DNA of 64,000 bases from Octopus sinensis (GCF_006345805.1 NC_043010.1:54126001-54190000); one strand, 5' to 3'; positions 1 through 11,622 are shown, counted from the first letter of the stretch. The notes: generated by a model not told the origin, from the letters alone. Translations and numbers: made by a program.

Positions 1-149
1 GAACTGGGTCATCCATCTAAACAATTTGCGACACATGAAAGAAAATGAAAGATGAGAATATATACTCACGTTTACCAGAAGAAAGAGAATAACATTACAT
101 GAATACCAGGAACAACGTCATAAGTGTAAACGTGTTAGTTACTGATTTC

Positions 150-720
150 TATTGGATCGTTCGGAAAGTTCGTGCCAATTCATAGTAGCTCATGTTTCGA
201 CTTATTTTAGAACCTGGTTAAGTCCATAAAATAGGATTTGACTACACCTCCATTTAGAGCACAGTTTAAGCTATCTTTTCGTGGAAGAAGGCATATGTTC
301 CTATAACCTATGTTAATTCTGTAACCCTTTAAAATGGAAGAGAAGAAAGTTCATCTTGGGCACTTGATGCTTTGGGAACCAGACAAAAATTGCTGCAGCT
401 CGGCTGGGATGTGTTACACCACCCTCCATATTCGCCAGATATTGCTCCTTCAGATTTCCACTTATTCAGGTCTTAGCAGAATAGTTTTAATGGTAAAAAA
501 TTCAATTCCTTGGATGACGTAAAAATATACCTTGATGAATTCTTTGCTATGAAACCACATCAATTCTGGGAAGAGAGAATACTCAAGTTAAAGGAAAGAT
601 GGAGACGCTTTGTGCCACAAAATGGTTCATATTTGGTTGATTAAAAATGTAATGGCAAGTATTTATTGACCTTTTACTTTCTTTTCAAAAACGGCACGAA
701 CTTTCTGGGCAAACCCAATA
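150..720 (+). mobile_element. Internally deleted mariner transposon (non-autonomous derivative, both TIRs present)
   Basis: Left TIR TATTGGATCGTTCGGAAAGTTCGTGCC (150-176) matches the reverse complement of the right end (..GGCACGAACTTTCTGGGCAAACCCAATA, ending 720); TA at both ends. ATG at 334 gives the mariner-like N-terminus MEEKKVHLGHLMLWE. From 378 another frame gives the C-terminus TRQKLLQLGWDVLHHPPYSPDIAPSDFHLFRS*QN...GSYLVD* (stop 642-644), containing the HPPYSPD/SDFHLF mariner motif. Confidence 0.9.
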
Positions 721-1084
721 TTTTAGAAATAATTTCTATTTTAGTAATTATTTCTATTTTAGGCCAGAAATTTTGATGTTGACGGGGTTAGTGTATACTA
801 TTGATCCCAGTTTTTTATCCAAGGCTGATAAAAGAAAACATTGATTAACATGGGATTTGATCCAAGAGCACAAACTACAAGAAGTCAGAACAAATGTCAC
901 AATGCATTTTGTTCGATGCTCTCAGGATAGTTACAATGTAATGCACTCGTTGTTTTTTTTATCATAAAGCATAACGTCTCCATTTAATGTTTTTTTTTGC
1001 GACTTCGTTCTACCATTGTTACTTTCAATTATAATAATCCTTTGGGTACTGGTCTTCACAGGAATATTTCAACCATCTCGCCTA

Positions 1085-1211
1085 CGCAAAAAAGAACAGG
1101 GTTGATACAACCGATTGCATAGGTACCAGTCAGGTGTGTCTGTACTGTGCCCTTCGCCACTCTGACAAGACATCCAGTCGTTGACAGACAATACCGGTAC
1201 TTCTGCTACTG
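1085..1211 (-). CDS. Weak candidate exon of an unidentified gene
   Basis: Strong minus-strand acceptor (GTTCTTGATTTTCTTGCAG), non-repetitive GC-richer sequence, open frame (A)VAEVPVLSVNDWMSCQSGEGHSTDTPDWYLCNRLYQPCSFL up to a possible GTAGGC donor. No homology recognised. Confidence 0.2.
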
Positions 1212-1239
1212 CTGCAAGAAAATCAAGAACAACAACGAC

Positions 1240-1241
1240 TG

Positions 1242-1283
<42 letters not shown>

Positions 1284-1325
1284 TAACAACAGCAACAACT
1301 TCCACTGATCTATATGTTGAGACAC

Positions 1326-1418
<93 letters not shown>

Positions 1419-1757
1419 AGGAGAGAGAGAAGGGGGAGAGAGAGATTGTGTGAGATAATTACATATACGTCTAATTAAAATATGTTTCATTAAGAAACGA
1501 TTTCGAGATTATATTTATCTTTTTGATCTTAATATAGTAGAACATGCCCCATATTTTTTATAAGCTATACATATTATTATGATGTCCAAAGTTATGTTCA
1601 ACAAACTTCAACAGATGATGTATTCTCACGCACGTAACAAACTGTAATTATGGATTAGATCTTACCCTTAGTAACAAGTGGTTTAAAGCCAGACATTAAA
1701 AAAAAAAAGTTTATAGTGTGCATTAAGTAACGATAGCTGAATATTTGTACCAGTACA

Positions 1758-1834
<77 letters not shown>

Positions 1835-1845
1835 ATATATATATA

Positions 1846-1903
<58 letters not shown>

Positions 1904-2058
1904 TATTTATATGTATATATATATACATATATATATATTATATATATATATATATATATTTATATAAATATATATATTTATATAAATATTATATATATAT
2001 ATTTATATAAATATATATATATATATATAATATATATATATATTATATATATATATAA
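1240..2058. repeat. Compound microsatellites (CTA)n, (TA)n, (GA)n; representative of dozens of such tracts across the window
   Basis: Directly visible. Similar tracts at e.g. 2695-3050, 11420-11730, 13200-13520, 14550-14712, 22050-22350, 28380-28710, 34960-35160, 48700-48820, 61390-61820. Confidence 0.98.
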
Positions 2059-2691
2059 GATGAAATCATAAGCGGATGGGTTGATGGATACATTTGTAGA
2101 TATATATTATGATCATACATTTGAGATAGTTGTGTGTATTTCTGCCTTGTATCTATTCCTCCGTAGGAATTTGCACCTCACTCACTCACTTTCTATTTCT
2201 TTCTCTCAATTTATCTCTCGCTTTCTCTCCCTCTCCCTCTCCCTCTCCCTATCTTTCTTTCTGTCTCTAACAGTATTCGTGTATATATGTGCGTATGACT
2301 TTTATACTGATACACGATTTACTGGGGAAATCTCAGAATATTTCGTGCAGAGAAGTAGATAATGTGACTGCCCTTGTGGCAAACAATGTGAATAAAAGTA
2401 GATAAAGTAGATAGTATTCCCGCTGTGATAGGGATTTCAACTATATTATGTCTTGAAATTGTTTTACCTTTGTTCCTTTCTAATATTATGAATAACATGA
2501 GATTACAAGTCCCTATCACCACATCCTGATCTTAGATTTGACCCATGTATATTTGCCTAGATTCTATCTACAAACGACCATAACTGTCATGCATTGTTCT
2601 AGTCATTTTCCATGAACTGTCGTACCGGTCGTTACTTTTGCAACCGGTATGAGATCCACGTGACGTAAAAGTGCTCTGCATTAAGATTATA

Positions 2692-2750
<59 letters not shown>

Positions 2751-2993
2751 ATATGCATGCATGTATGCATATTCTTACATACATACACTCATACATACAT
2801 ACATATATATATATATACATATTTATGTATATAAATTGATATACACATACACTTGTGGACACATATATGTGCACAAACAAAACCATATATATATATATAT
2901 ATGTATATACATATATAAGCATATATCTATGTATTCATATATACATATATATATAAGTATGTATATATATATATATGCGTGTGTGTGTGTATG

Positions 2994-3033
<40 letters not shown>

Positions 3034-5544
3034 TGTATATACATAATGTGTGTGTCCGTATGTATGAAAATGCTGATGTGTGTATACATGTGGTGTTATA
3101 TATGTTGGACTGTAGCGATACCTGCAGCTTCACTTTTGTCGTGCTTGACGCTCCTTGTCGTTGACATTTGGCAACAGTCCTCTTTCTCCATCTCTTAATA
3201 CATCAACATATATCCGTTAACTACATCATTTATCTCACGTAAGGAAACGACGAAAGCATCCATATGCTGTAACTAGACATGCTAGATATAACAGTAACAA
3301 TACTTTGCGTTGCTATTATATCCAACATCTTTAAAATTGGAAGCTACATAAACTATTGTAGTGCTGAACACTCCATAAACGTCGAAACGGCTTTAACGTG
3401 GTTGTATTTTTATCGGAGATCTAATCAATCGGTGTTGACATGGGAAATGTAAGTGATAAAGTGAAACCTCAATCTATCATTCATCCGATGCCATCATTAA
3501 TCTCATTCATCATAACTTCGAGGGCTATCTATTTCAACAATTCCTCAGAATGTTGAATATGTGCTATCCTCACGTTTTTAATGTCGTCCATTAGATAATT
3601 CATCGATTTTCTATTCCCCAATGCTTAACTTACACTCAGTGGCAAAATGATAGTTGGTTCATAAATGTAATATAGAAAAACTCACTGAAAGCCTTACGCA
3701 CTAGAAATAGAAAACCATTACATTAAATATTGTAGTGTTGAATACTCCATAAAATTCGGAATGGCTAAGCAATGCTCTCTTTGAAGGTCAATAAAGAGAA
3801 ATGTCCTCATGTTTGTACGATTGTACAGTCCTAATGACTGTATTATCTGCACCCATGTTGACCTTGTCGACCGTCTCTGCTCAAGCAGTAAACCTTAAAA
3901 ATTGTAAGAAAAATAACTGTGAAATGATTGTAAGAAAAATAAGAAAACGAAAAACAAGATCCTTTATATTTCTTATCTTACACTTAAGTAGTCATAGATC
4001 TTGGATGGCCGCTAGGCAACGCCTTGATAAGTTCTCTGATTTCAGTTGTTCACTTTTTCTGTAGGAATCTATCTCAGTACTTATATCGTTAATGTTAGCT
4101 ACTTATCTAATAGGACACGTTCGTGGAAACTACATGTTACGGGAAAGTCGATACACTAATCACGATTTTCAAGCTTTCGTGAGTCACAAATAAAAAGAAA
4201 CAAACTGAGACACACAAACACCCACACATGTAGAAGCATTTTTACGAAAGGATTGTGTTTGTCTACCAAGATTCTTTCTGTCTACCAAGTCTTTTCTCGG
4301 CCTATGGCTCCATTATAAGCAACGACTGCCTCTATTTGGTTATCGTATCTTTAATAGTCTGAAAAAAATTATAGTTACTTTTAATTATATCTGTATAGAT
4401 GCTCTATAGAATTCCGAGTGTGCGTTGCAATTTCTGACGTTTAAAGAACACGTGTACATAAGCAATGCGATCGAAAATAGAATTATTAGGTTGTGAGTGT
4501 ATATGAATTTTTCAGGGGAATTGCCCTTTCATCAGTATTTCTTCTAAACCACCGAGTATCCACGAATACATTGCTCAAATACGCACTAGATTTAAAAGTG
4601 TAACACAATTGGGTAGTCCAATTTGCATATTAAACAGATTCCTGAAAACTGGTACGTAAATCTAATAGCTCACAAGTCAACAGTAATTTATTTTTCAACC
4701 ATGATATATCATCAAGTTTAAGTTCACATAACAATGTTGTGTGTCTGACGTCTGTGAGCTGTGTGCTATTTTTATCATAGGAAATCTATAGAGATAAATT
4801 GAAAAGGAAATATTTCGCACTGCTAACACAAGGTTAGAGAATTATTTGTTTGTAAACCTACAATGTTCGTGGTAGTATATTGTATTACCAAAACGAAATA
4901 CTGTCGAGTTGCCAATATCTAAATTTATTGTATACAAAATAGACAATTTTTGCCAGTTTCGTCGAAGCAAGTTTTGTAATAGTGATAGGATATACTGCGA
5001 TAAAATAGAGTTTATGTCCTTTGTCAAAGAATACTGTAATTTTATTTTCCGAGTCAAAGTGAGAATAAATAAATAACGATCTTATTTAACTGCTACATTG
5101 TAATTATATTCATCAAGTCCAAATTTTGTATGTCTCGACTCAATTCGAATTTACGTCGTTAAACGGAACACACAGACACACGCACAACACACACATGCAC
5201 ACACGCGCGCGTACACATTAACATACGCAAACACACACGCATGCACTCGCAAGTACACGCACTCACACATACATACACGTGTGTCAATGTATGCAGATAC
5301 ATATAGCATTTACTATCCATTCACTAAATCTTTTAGCTGCCTATACGTACGTGAACAGGTTTATACAGCGATTCCATCCGTCTACCCTTTGAACAGTGTA
5401 ATGTCTGTGAAGTAACATACGTTGTGAGGATGTCTTCTATCAATTGATTGGACAACATGAAAGGTGCCACCTTTGTGGTCAAAAAAATTTTGGATCCAGC
5501 ACTACAGAGCGAAAATGGAATTTCCTTATCGATAGACTAAACTT

Positions 5545-6326
5545 GAGAATCCAGTTTCCACAAAATCTGTTCGCCGGGCGCTGCAAAAAGCCGGATTTCA
5601 TGTGAGGGCTGCAATGAGAAAACCACTACTTTCAAAAACAAATGTTGCAAAGCGTTTAGTGTGGAGTAAAAGCCTACAGATTTGGTCCCTAGAGCAGTGG
5701 AAGAATGTTATTTTCTTGGACAATTCATCCTTTTCCATATTTTCGATGACCACCCGAGTATACGCATGGAGACAGCCGAAAGAAGCGCTCGACTCAGACT
5801 GGCTTTATTCAATTGTTAAACATGAACGAGGATTTGTGATTATCTGGTGGGCTACATCTTGGAAATCCGCTGGCCCAATGGTTTCCCTTCATGATAGAAT
5901 TAATAGTCAACACTATTTAAGCATTTTACCTGATTAAATTCATCCTACGGTTGCGGAACGCAATCTGTCAGGTTGATAATGCACCAATTGACACAACTAA
6001 AGTTGTTACTGAATGACACAAGGAACATTCTAGTTACGTTGAACATCTTATCTGGCCACCACCGTTCCCAGATCTCAATATTATTGAAAGTTCATGGTGC
6101 ATTTTAGAAAAACAGGTAAAAAGTCTATATTCTCCACCCTCATCACTACAAGAACCGGAGACTGTTTTAACTAAAGAATGGCCAAAAATTCCTTTGGAAA
6201 TAATTCAAACCTTGTACGAGTCTATACCTCGTAGAATTCTAGCTGCAATTACTACCAAAGGCAGTCCTACTCAATATTAAAATAAATTGTTTGAAATTTT
6301 AACGTTTCCGTTATTTTGTCCAGCCC

Positions 6327-6332
<6 letters not shown>
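5545..6332 (+). mobile_element. Tc1-family transposase pseudogene with right TIR
   Basis: Translation ENPVSTKSVRRALQKAGFHVRAAMRKPLLSK...WKNVIFLDNSSF...QVDNAPIDTTKVVTE*H...WPPPFPDLNIIE...YESIPRRILAAITTKGSPTQY* (stop 6278-6280), with stops and a frameshift. Ends in TTATTTTGTCCAGCCCCTG-TA. Left TIR not found. Confidence 0.9.
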
Positions 6333-6416
<84 letters not shown>

Positions 6417-6693
6417 TATATATATATACACGGGCATGCCGGGAAGAATTTTACGAATAAATTCATCATGTAGTATGCGAATATAAACAAGAAGGGTAGT
6501 AATATTATTTACTACCAGGTGCCCAGCACAAAAGACGAATTAGTCATAAGACAAAAATATTATTCATATAGAAAAATATTATTCATGTAGTTATACAATT
6601 AAGGGCTCCTAAATAAAGATGCCGAGTGCTGGGAACACAAAAAGGGGATGAATTTATCGAGAGTGAAAATCAAAAACGTTTACCGATAACTTT

Positions 6694-6775
6694 AACAACT
6701 CGTACCGCGGTTTCTGCTTCTTTCTAGCAAAACACAGAATATGTTTGCTAAGGCCAGCTTCATCAGCGAGTCGCC
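6694..6775 (-). ncRNA. Type I hammerhead ribozyme motif (copy 1)
   Basis: Minus strand reads GGCGACUCG-CUGAUGA-A-GCU...AGC-A-GAAA-CC-GC-GG-UA-CGAGUUGUU. Stem I is 9 bp (3 G-U), core CUGAUGA/GAAA intact, GUA cleavage triplet (cut between 6703 and 6702). Confidence 0.78.
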
Positions 6776-7137
6776 TGAATTTAATCGAGGTCTGCAGCGA
6801 TGTGGGACTATATGTTACACCCGACTACTAGCAGATCTTAACTTTTCAAATCTCTGCGCAGACGCAAAATTTACACGGGCATGCCGGGAAGAATTTTACG
6901 AATAAATTCATCATGTAGTATGCGAATATAAACAAGAAGGGTAGTAATATTATTTACTACAGGTGCCCAGCACAAAAGACGAATTAGTCATAAGACAAAA
7001 ATATTATTCATATAGAAAAATATTATTCATGTAGTTATATAATTAAGGGCTCCTAAATAAAGATGCCGAGTGCTGGGAACACAAAAAGGGGATGAATTTA
7101 TCGAGAGTGAAAATCAAAAACGTTTACCGATAACTTT

Positions 7138-7219
7138 AACAACTCGTACCGCGGTTTCTGCTTCTTTCTAGCAAAACACAGAATATGTTTGCTAAGGCCA
7201 GCTTCATCAGCGAGTCGCC
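7138..7219 (-). ncRNA. Type I hammerhead ribozyme motif (copy 2)
   Basis: Identical to copy 1. Confidence 0.78.
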
Positions 7220-7579
7220 TGAATTTAATCGAGGTCTGCAGCGATGTGGGACTATATGTTACACCCGACTACTAGCAGATCTTAACTTTTCAAATCTCTG
7301 CGCAGACGCAAAATTTACACGGGCATGCCGGAAGAATTTTACGAATAAATTCATCATGTAGTATGCGAATATAAACAAGAAGGGTAGTAATATTATTTAC
7401 TACCAGGTGCCCAGCACAAAAGACGAATTAGTCATAAGACAAAAATATTATTCATATAGAAAAATATTATTCTTGTAGTTATACAATAAGGGCTCCTAAA
7501 TAAAGATGCCGAGTGCTGGAACACAAAAAGGGGATGAATTTATCGAGAGTGAAAATCAAAAACGTTTACCGATAACTTT

Positions 7580-7661
7580 AACAACTCGTACCGCGGTTTC
7601 TGCTTCTTTCTAGCAAAACACAGAATATGTTTGCTAAGGCCAGCTTCATCAGCGAGTCGCC
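7580..7661 (-). ncRNA. Type I hammerhead ribozyme motif (copy 3)
   Basis: Identical to copy 1. Confidence 0.78.
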
Positions 7662-7851
7662 TGAATTTAATCGAGGTCTGCAGCGATGTGGGACTATATG
7701 TTACACCCGACTACTAGCAGATCTTAACTTTTCAAATCTCTGCGCAGACGCAAAATTTACACGGGCATGCCGGGAAGAATTTTACGAATAAATTCATCAT
7801 GTAGTATGCGAATATAAACAAGAAGGGTAGTAATATTATTTACTACCAGGT

Positions 7852-8445
7852 AAGGAGCCCTTAATTGTATAAGGAGCCCTTAATTGTATAACTACATGAA
7901 TAATATTTTACTATATGAATAATATTTTTGTCTTATGACTAATTCGTCTTTTGTGCTGGGCACCTGGTAGTAAATAATATTACTACCCTTCTTGTTTATA
8001 TTCGCATACTACATGATGAATTTATTCGTAAAATTCTTCCCGGCATGCCCGTGTAAATTTTGCGTCTGCGCAGAGATTTGAAAAGTTAAGATCTGCTAGT
8101 AGTCGGGTGTAACATATAGTCCCACATCGCTGCAGACCTCGATTAAATTCAGGCGACTCGCTGATGAAGCTGGCCTTAGCAAACATATTCTGTGTTTTGC
8201 TAGAAAGAAGCAGAAACCGCGGTACGAGTTGTTAAAGTTATCGGTAAACGTTTTTGATTTTCACTCTCGATAAATTCATCCCCTTTTTGTGTTCCCAGCA
8301 CTCGGCATCTTTATTTAGGAGCCCTTAATTGTATAACTACATGAATAATATTTTTCTATATGAATAATATTTTTGTCTTATGACTAATTCGTCTTTTGTG
8401 CTGGGCACCTGGTAGTAAATAATATTACTACCCTTCTTGTTTATA
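7852..8445 (+). repeat. Inverted continuation of the same ~445 bp unit (~1.3 copies)
   Basis: Reverse complement of the units at 6428-7851. Begins with a 19-nt direct duplication AAGGAGCCCTTAATTGTAT (7852-7870, 7871-7889) and ends in a (TA)n tract. Confidence 0.92.
8152..8233 (+). ncRNA. Type I hammerhead ribozyme motif (copy 4, plus strand)
   Basis: Stem I 8152-8160/8225-8233; CTGATGA 8161-8167; stem II GCT 8169-8171/AGC 8209-8211, capped by hairpin TAGCAAA 8177-8183/TTTGCTA 8196-8202; GAAA 8213-8216; stem III ACC-GC-GGT; GTA 8222-8224. Atypical A.A apposition at 10.1/11.1. Confidence 0.78.
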
Positions 8446-10184
8446 TATATATATATATATATTGTGAGAGATCTTCTATGCTGAATATATTTCAATTTGA
8501 ATGTAATCTATTCTGGTATTCTATTTGCAATTATTCTATATACAGTCGCGTAGAGTTATCGCCACTGTCTTTTCAAAACTTGACATCAATATCGACACTT
8601 TACCAATTTCATGCTTCACAGATGTGTAAAAGCTCAATTTTCAAATTCTTCTTTTTCTTTTGAAATTACCATTCAGATGTAGCTTCGTTTGGCCTTTACA
8701 CTTTTGCCTATAGACTTAAAATACTTGAAACATTTTAAACTGTACTCTTATACAAAATATTATTATTGCCCATAAACTCTATCTATTTTCGGAATTTTAG
8801 AAATTTTGTTTAAATTTATGTATATTTCAAATCTAACTCTATTACTTAAAATATCACCGAAATATTTCCTTAATACCGAATTTTTCTAACAGAAAAATGT
8901 GAATAAGATGAGATACACGTACTTCATTCAGTTAATAAGAAACAAGTCGTGTTTGAGGAAAGCTGGAGTTAGTTGTTAATAAAGTATTACTGAGAGCACA
9001 TGCGAAATGTATTCATACAATCTTGAAATATTCTGGATGTTAGAGGAGTGTTAAATGTGCTATTATCTAGATGATAACTGATAGAATAAACAGGATATTC
9101 GTCAGATTATCAGCGCCAATATTTCCTAGTTTTTATTGTTTTCTGACTTAGGGGCATACGGCAATGGAATTGGAGTAGAATGAAGCCAGCCGATCCTACT
9201 GATGACAACACTTTATCGACCCCGAACACCTGATAGGTAAATTGTAGCTGAGTGGGATTTGAAATTTAAATTTCAAGAGTCAGAAAATATCCTGGAAAAT
9301 CAATTTCAGAAGAGATAATGATTTACTCAGCTGAACCCCTTAGTGTAGTAAATGCATAAATCTCTATTTGAAACCGGAATAGCTTTAATTTTGGAAGTTT
9401 ATATTCACTGGATACTGCTTTTAGGCACAGATTCACAAAATTCTCAGTTTATCGACGAGCTTTAGTACTACACAAATTCTATTAATATACGTAAATACGT
9501 TTTAAACTTGCTTCATTTTTAGTTATCAGAGGGTGACTAAATATTTCACACCAATGTTTTTTCTCATTTTCACCATCTTCTTAATTATTAAATTAGGTGG
9601 TTTCTAAACATACTAACTTTATATTACGTACTGTCCAGCTGCGTCAGTTACGCTATATATTGATTTATCATTTTCTAAAGTGTGCAATTAGTGTGTTTTG
9701 TGTTTCATGTGCTGAGTTATCTTACGGGTTTAATAGCTATTTTTATTATTTGCAGACAGAGTTATTTGTTGTTTAGCACATCAGATATAATGTGTGATGA
9801 CACGGGCTGCTGTACTTTTAATGATGAAAGGCGCTTCATGGCAGCCTCGTCTGTTGTAGCTGCTATTATTTAGTTCAGGTTAAACCTCTTCATCTGAAAC
9901 AACACGACAATTCTGTCTTATTTTCAGAGAGTATTTTATTTCAGTATTATTCGTCTCTTTTTTCAATGGCTAGTATATTATATCAGGGAGATTCGGCTGC
10001 TATTTCTGCCTAATATACTGCCGCCATGCGAGCTTATATGGTTGTTTGAGAACCAATTGTCATATTGAATGCACTGTTAATCACGCAAGTTGCATCATTT
10101 AAGTGTTTTTGAAGCAAACATTGTGAAAAGGGCGGATTTGGAGTATCAACTTGGTTAGGGCATAAGTAGTGAAGAAGATAGTAG

Positions 10185-10655
10185 AAAAATCCTTCAAAAG
10201 ATGATACAAATATGCATTCTGGCACACCCATAGATTAAAACAGGATCTTTAAGAAAGGCATAATTTCCAACGAAAAGATAGAAAATGGTGGCCAAAATCC
10301 AAGATGGCGCCAGCATTAAAAATTAATAATTGCGATGAACATGAAGTAAGATTTATAACAATAAATGTTATTCAATATGCTATATTTTACACAAACCGCC
10401 TATATTTACCTTTTGTAGAATTTTCCTACTATCTTCTTCACTAATTCAGGTTATACAGGTTTCATCATCAATCAAATGCATGGAGAGGCACAAAAGGAAG
10501 TATAACGAAGGACTGACTTTTTGTGATGTTGGTAGCCATCTTGAATATTGACCGCCGTTTTCGATTTTTACGTTAGCAATCATGCCCATATTAAAGAGCG
10601 TTTTAAATTAGAAGTGTGTCCAATTGCATGTTTGTATGACCTTTGAAGGATTCTT
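10185..10655. mobile_element. Foldback/MITE-like element with ~125 bp imperfect terminal inverted repeats
   Basis: 10185-10311 (AAAAATCCTTCAAAAGATGATACAAATATGCA...AAAATGGTGGCCAAAATCCAAGATGGCG) aligns to the reverse complement of 10531-10655. Confidence 0.7.
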
Positions 10656-11434
10656 ACAATATTTGAAGTTTATCCTATTCATTAAATATATCGTCGCAGA
10701 GGTGAGATACTTCATAGATAATACGTAATTACGTTTCTTATATGAACAGGATCATTATGATCAAATGGCTAAAATTATCGCAATCAGTCGTTCCGGCTGT
10801 AGACAGCCGGCAGAATATTTTTACAAAGTCTTTCCTGGAAACGTACCAACAGATGTCACAGTCTATAATTCCTTTAGCATGGTGCCGGCTGTCTTCAATT
10901 CGAAAGCGTCCGATACCATGATGTAATGAAAGTGACATGAACCACGTACGCCAACAGAACCCTCCAGGTTCCAGTTTGAAAAGAATGCTTCTCAACATTT
11001 CCCTTTCCAGTTTAATGGCTCGGGGGCAAGCACGGAAAAATCATTTAACTACTTCACAAAAAAAAACGCAAAATAAATATAACACAACTCCTGAATCTCT
11101 GTGATATTGTGTAACGCGGATGGATTCTTATATTACAGACACAACCTATTCAAAAGCCTTCTATACAGTTACAACTTGGCGTATTTTCACTCACAATATG
11201 TGGTTCAAACGGATTGGAAGTTTCTATCTATCTAAACGGACGTTAAAGAAAACAAAGCCTTAATAAAAATACACGCAACGGAGTCGAAACCGTGGCGTTA
11301 TAATTGTAGGAAGAACTTCATAAATATTCAGATATCTTGCTTTCTAGTTGTGAATGGAAGCTTTTAAGAAAGGCTCAGTATCTCTTGCCGTCTCAGTCAA
11401 CGAACCAATGACTTATCTATCCATCTCTGTCTAA

Positions 11435-11482
<48 letters not shown>

Positions 11483-11525
11483 TTCTCTATCTATCTCTCT
11501 ATCCATCTATCTATCTATCTATCTG

Positions 11526-11557
<32 letters not shown>

Positions 11558-11563
11558 GCTAGC

Positions 11564-11622
<59 letters not shown>

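Larger units (their letters stand above)
6428..7851 (-). repeat. Direct tandem array of ~442-445 bp hammerhead-containing units (non-LTR retrozyme / Penelope pLTR-like)
   Basis: Unit starts (ACACGGGCATGCC) at 6428, 6873, 7317 and 7759, giving periods of 445, 444 and 442. Copies are near-identical, differing mainly by 1-nt indels. No ORF. Hammerhead motif on the minus strand of each full unit. Confidence 0.9.

Noticed and set aside
3355-3770. Two diverged CTGAACA..GTCGAAAC motifs as hammerheads
   Set aside because: Core is broken (no G8) and stems I and II cannot be paired convincingly.
6428-8445. Array as CRISPR or as a protein-coding repeat
   Set aside because: Units are ~445 bp and identical throughout with no unique spacers, no cas genes, eukaryotic context, and no ORF of 60 aa or more.
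10738-10998. 86-aa minus-strand ORF as a gene
   Set aside because: No recognisable domain or supporting splice structure; competing frames are equally open.
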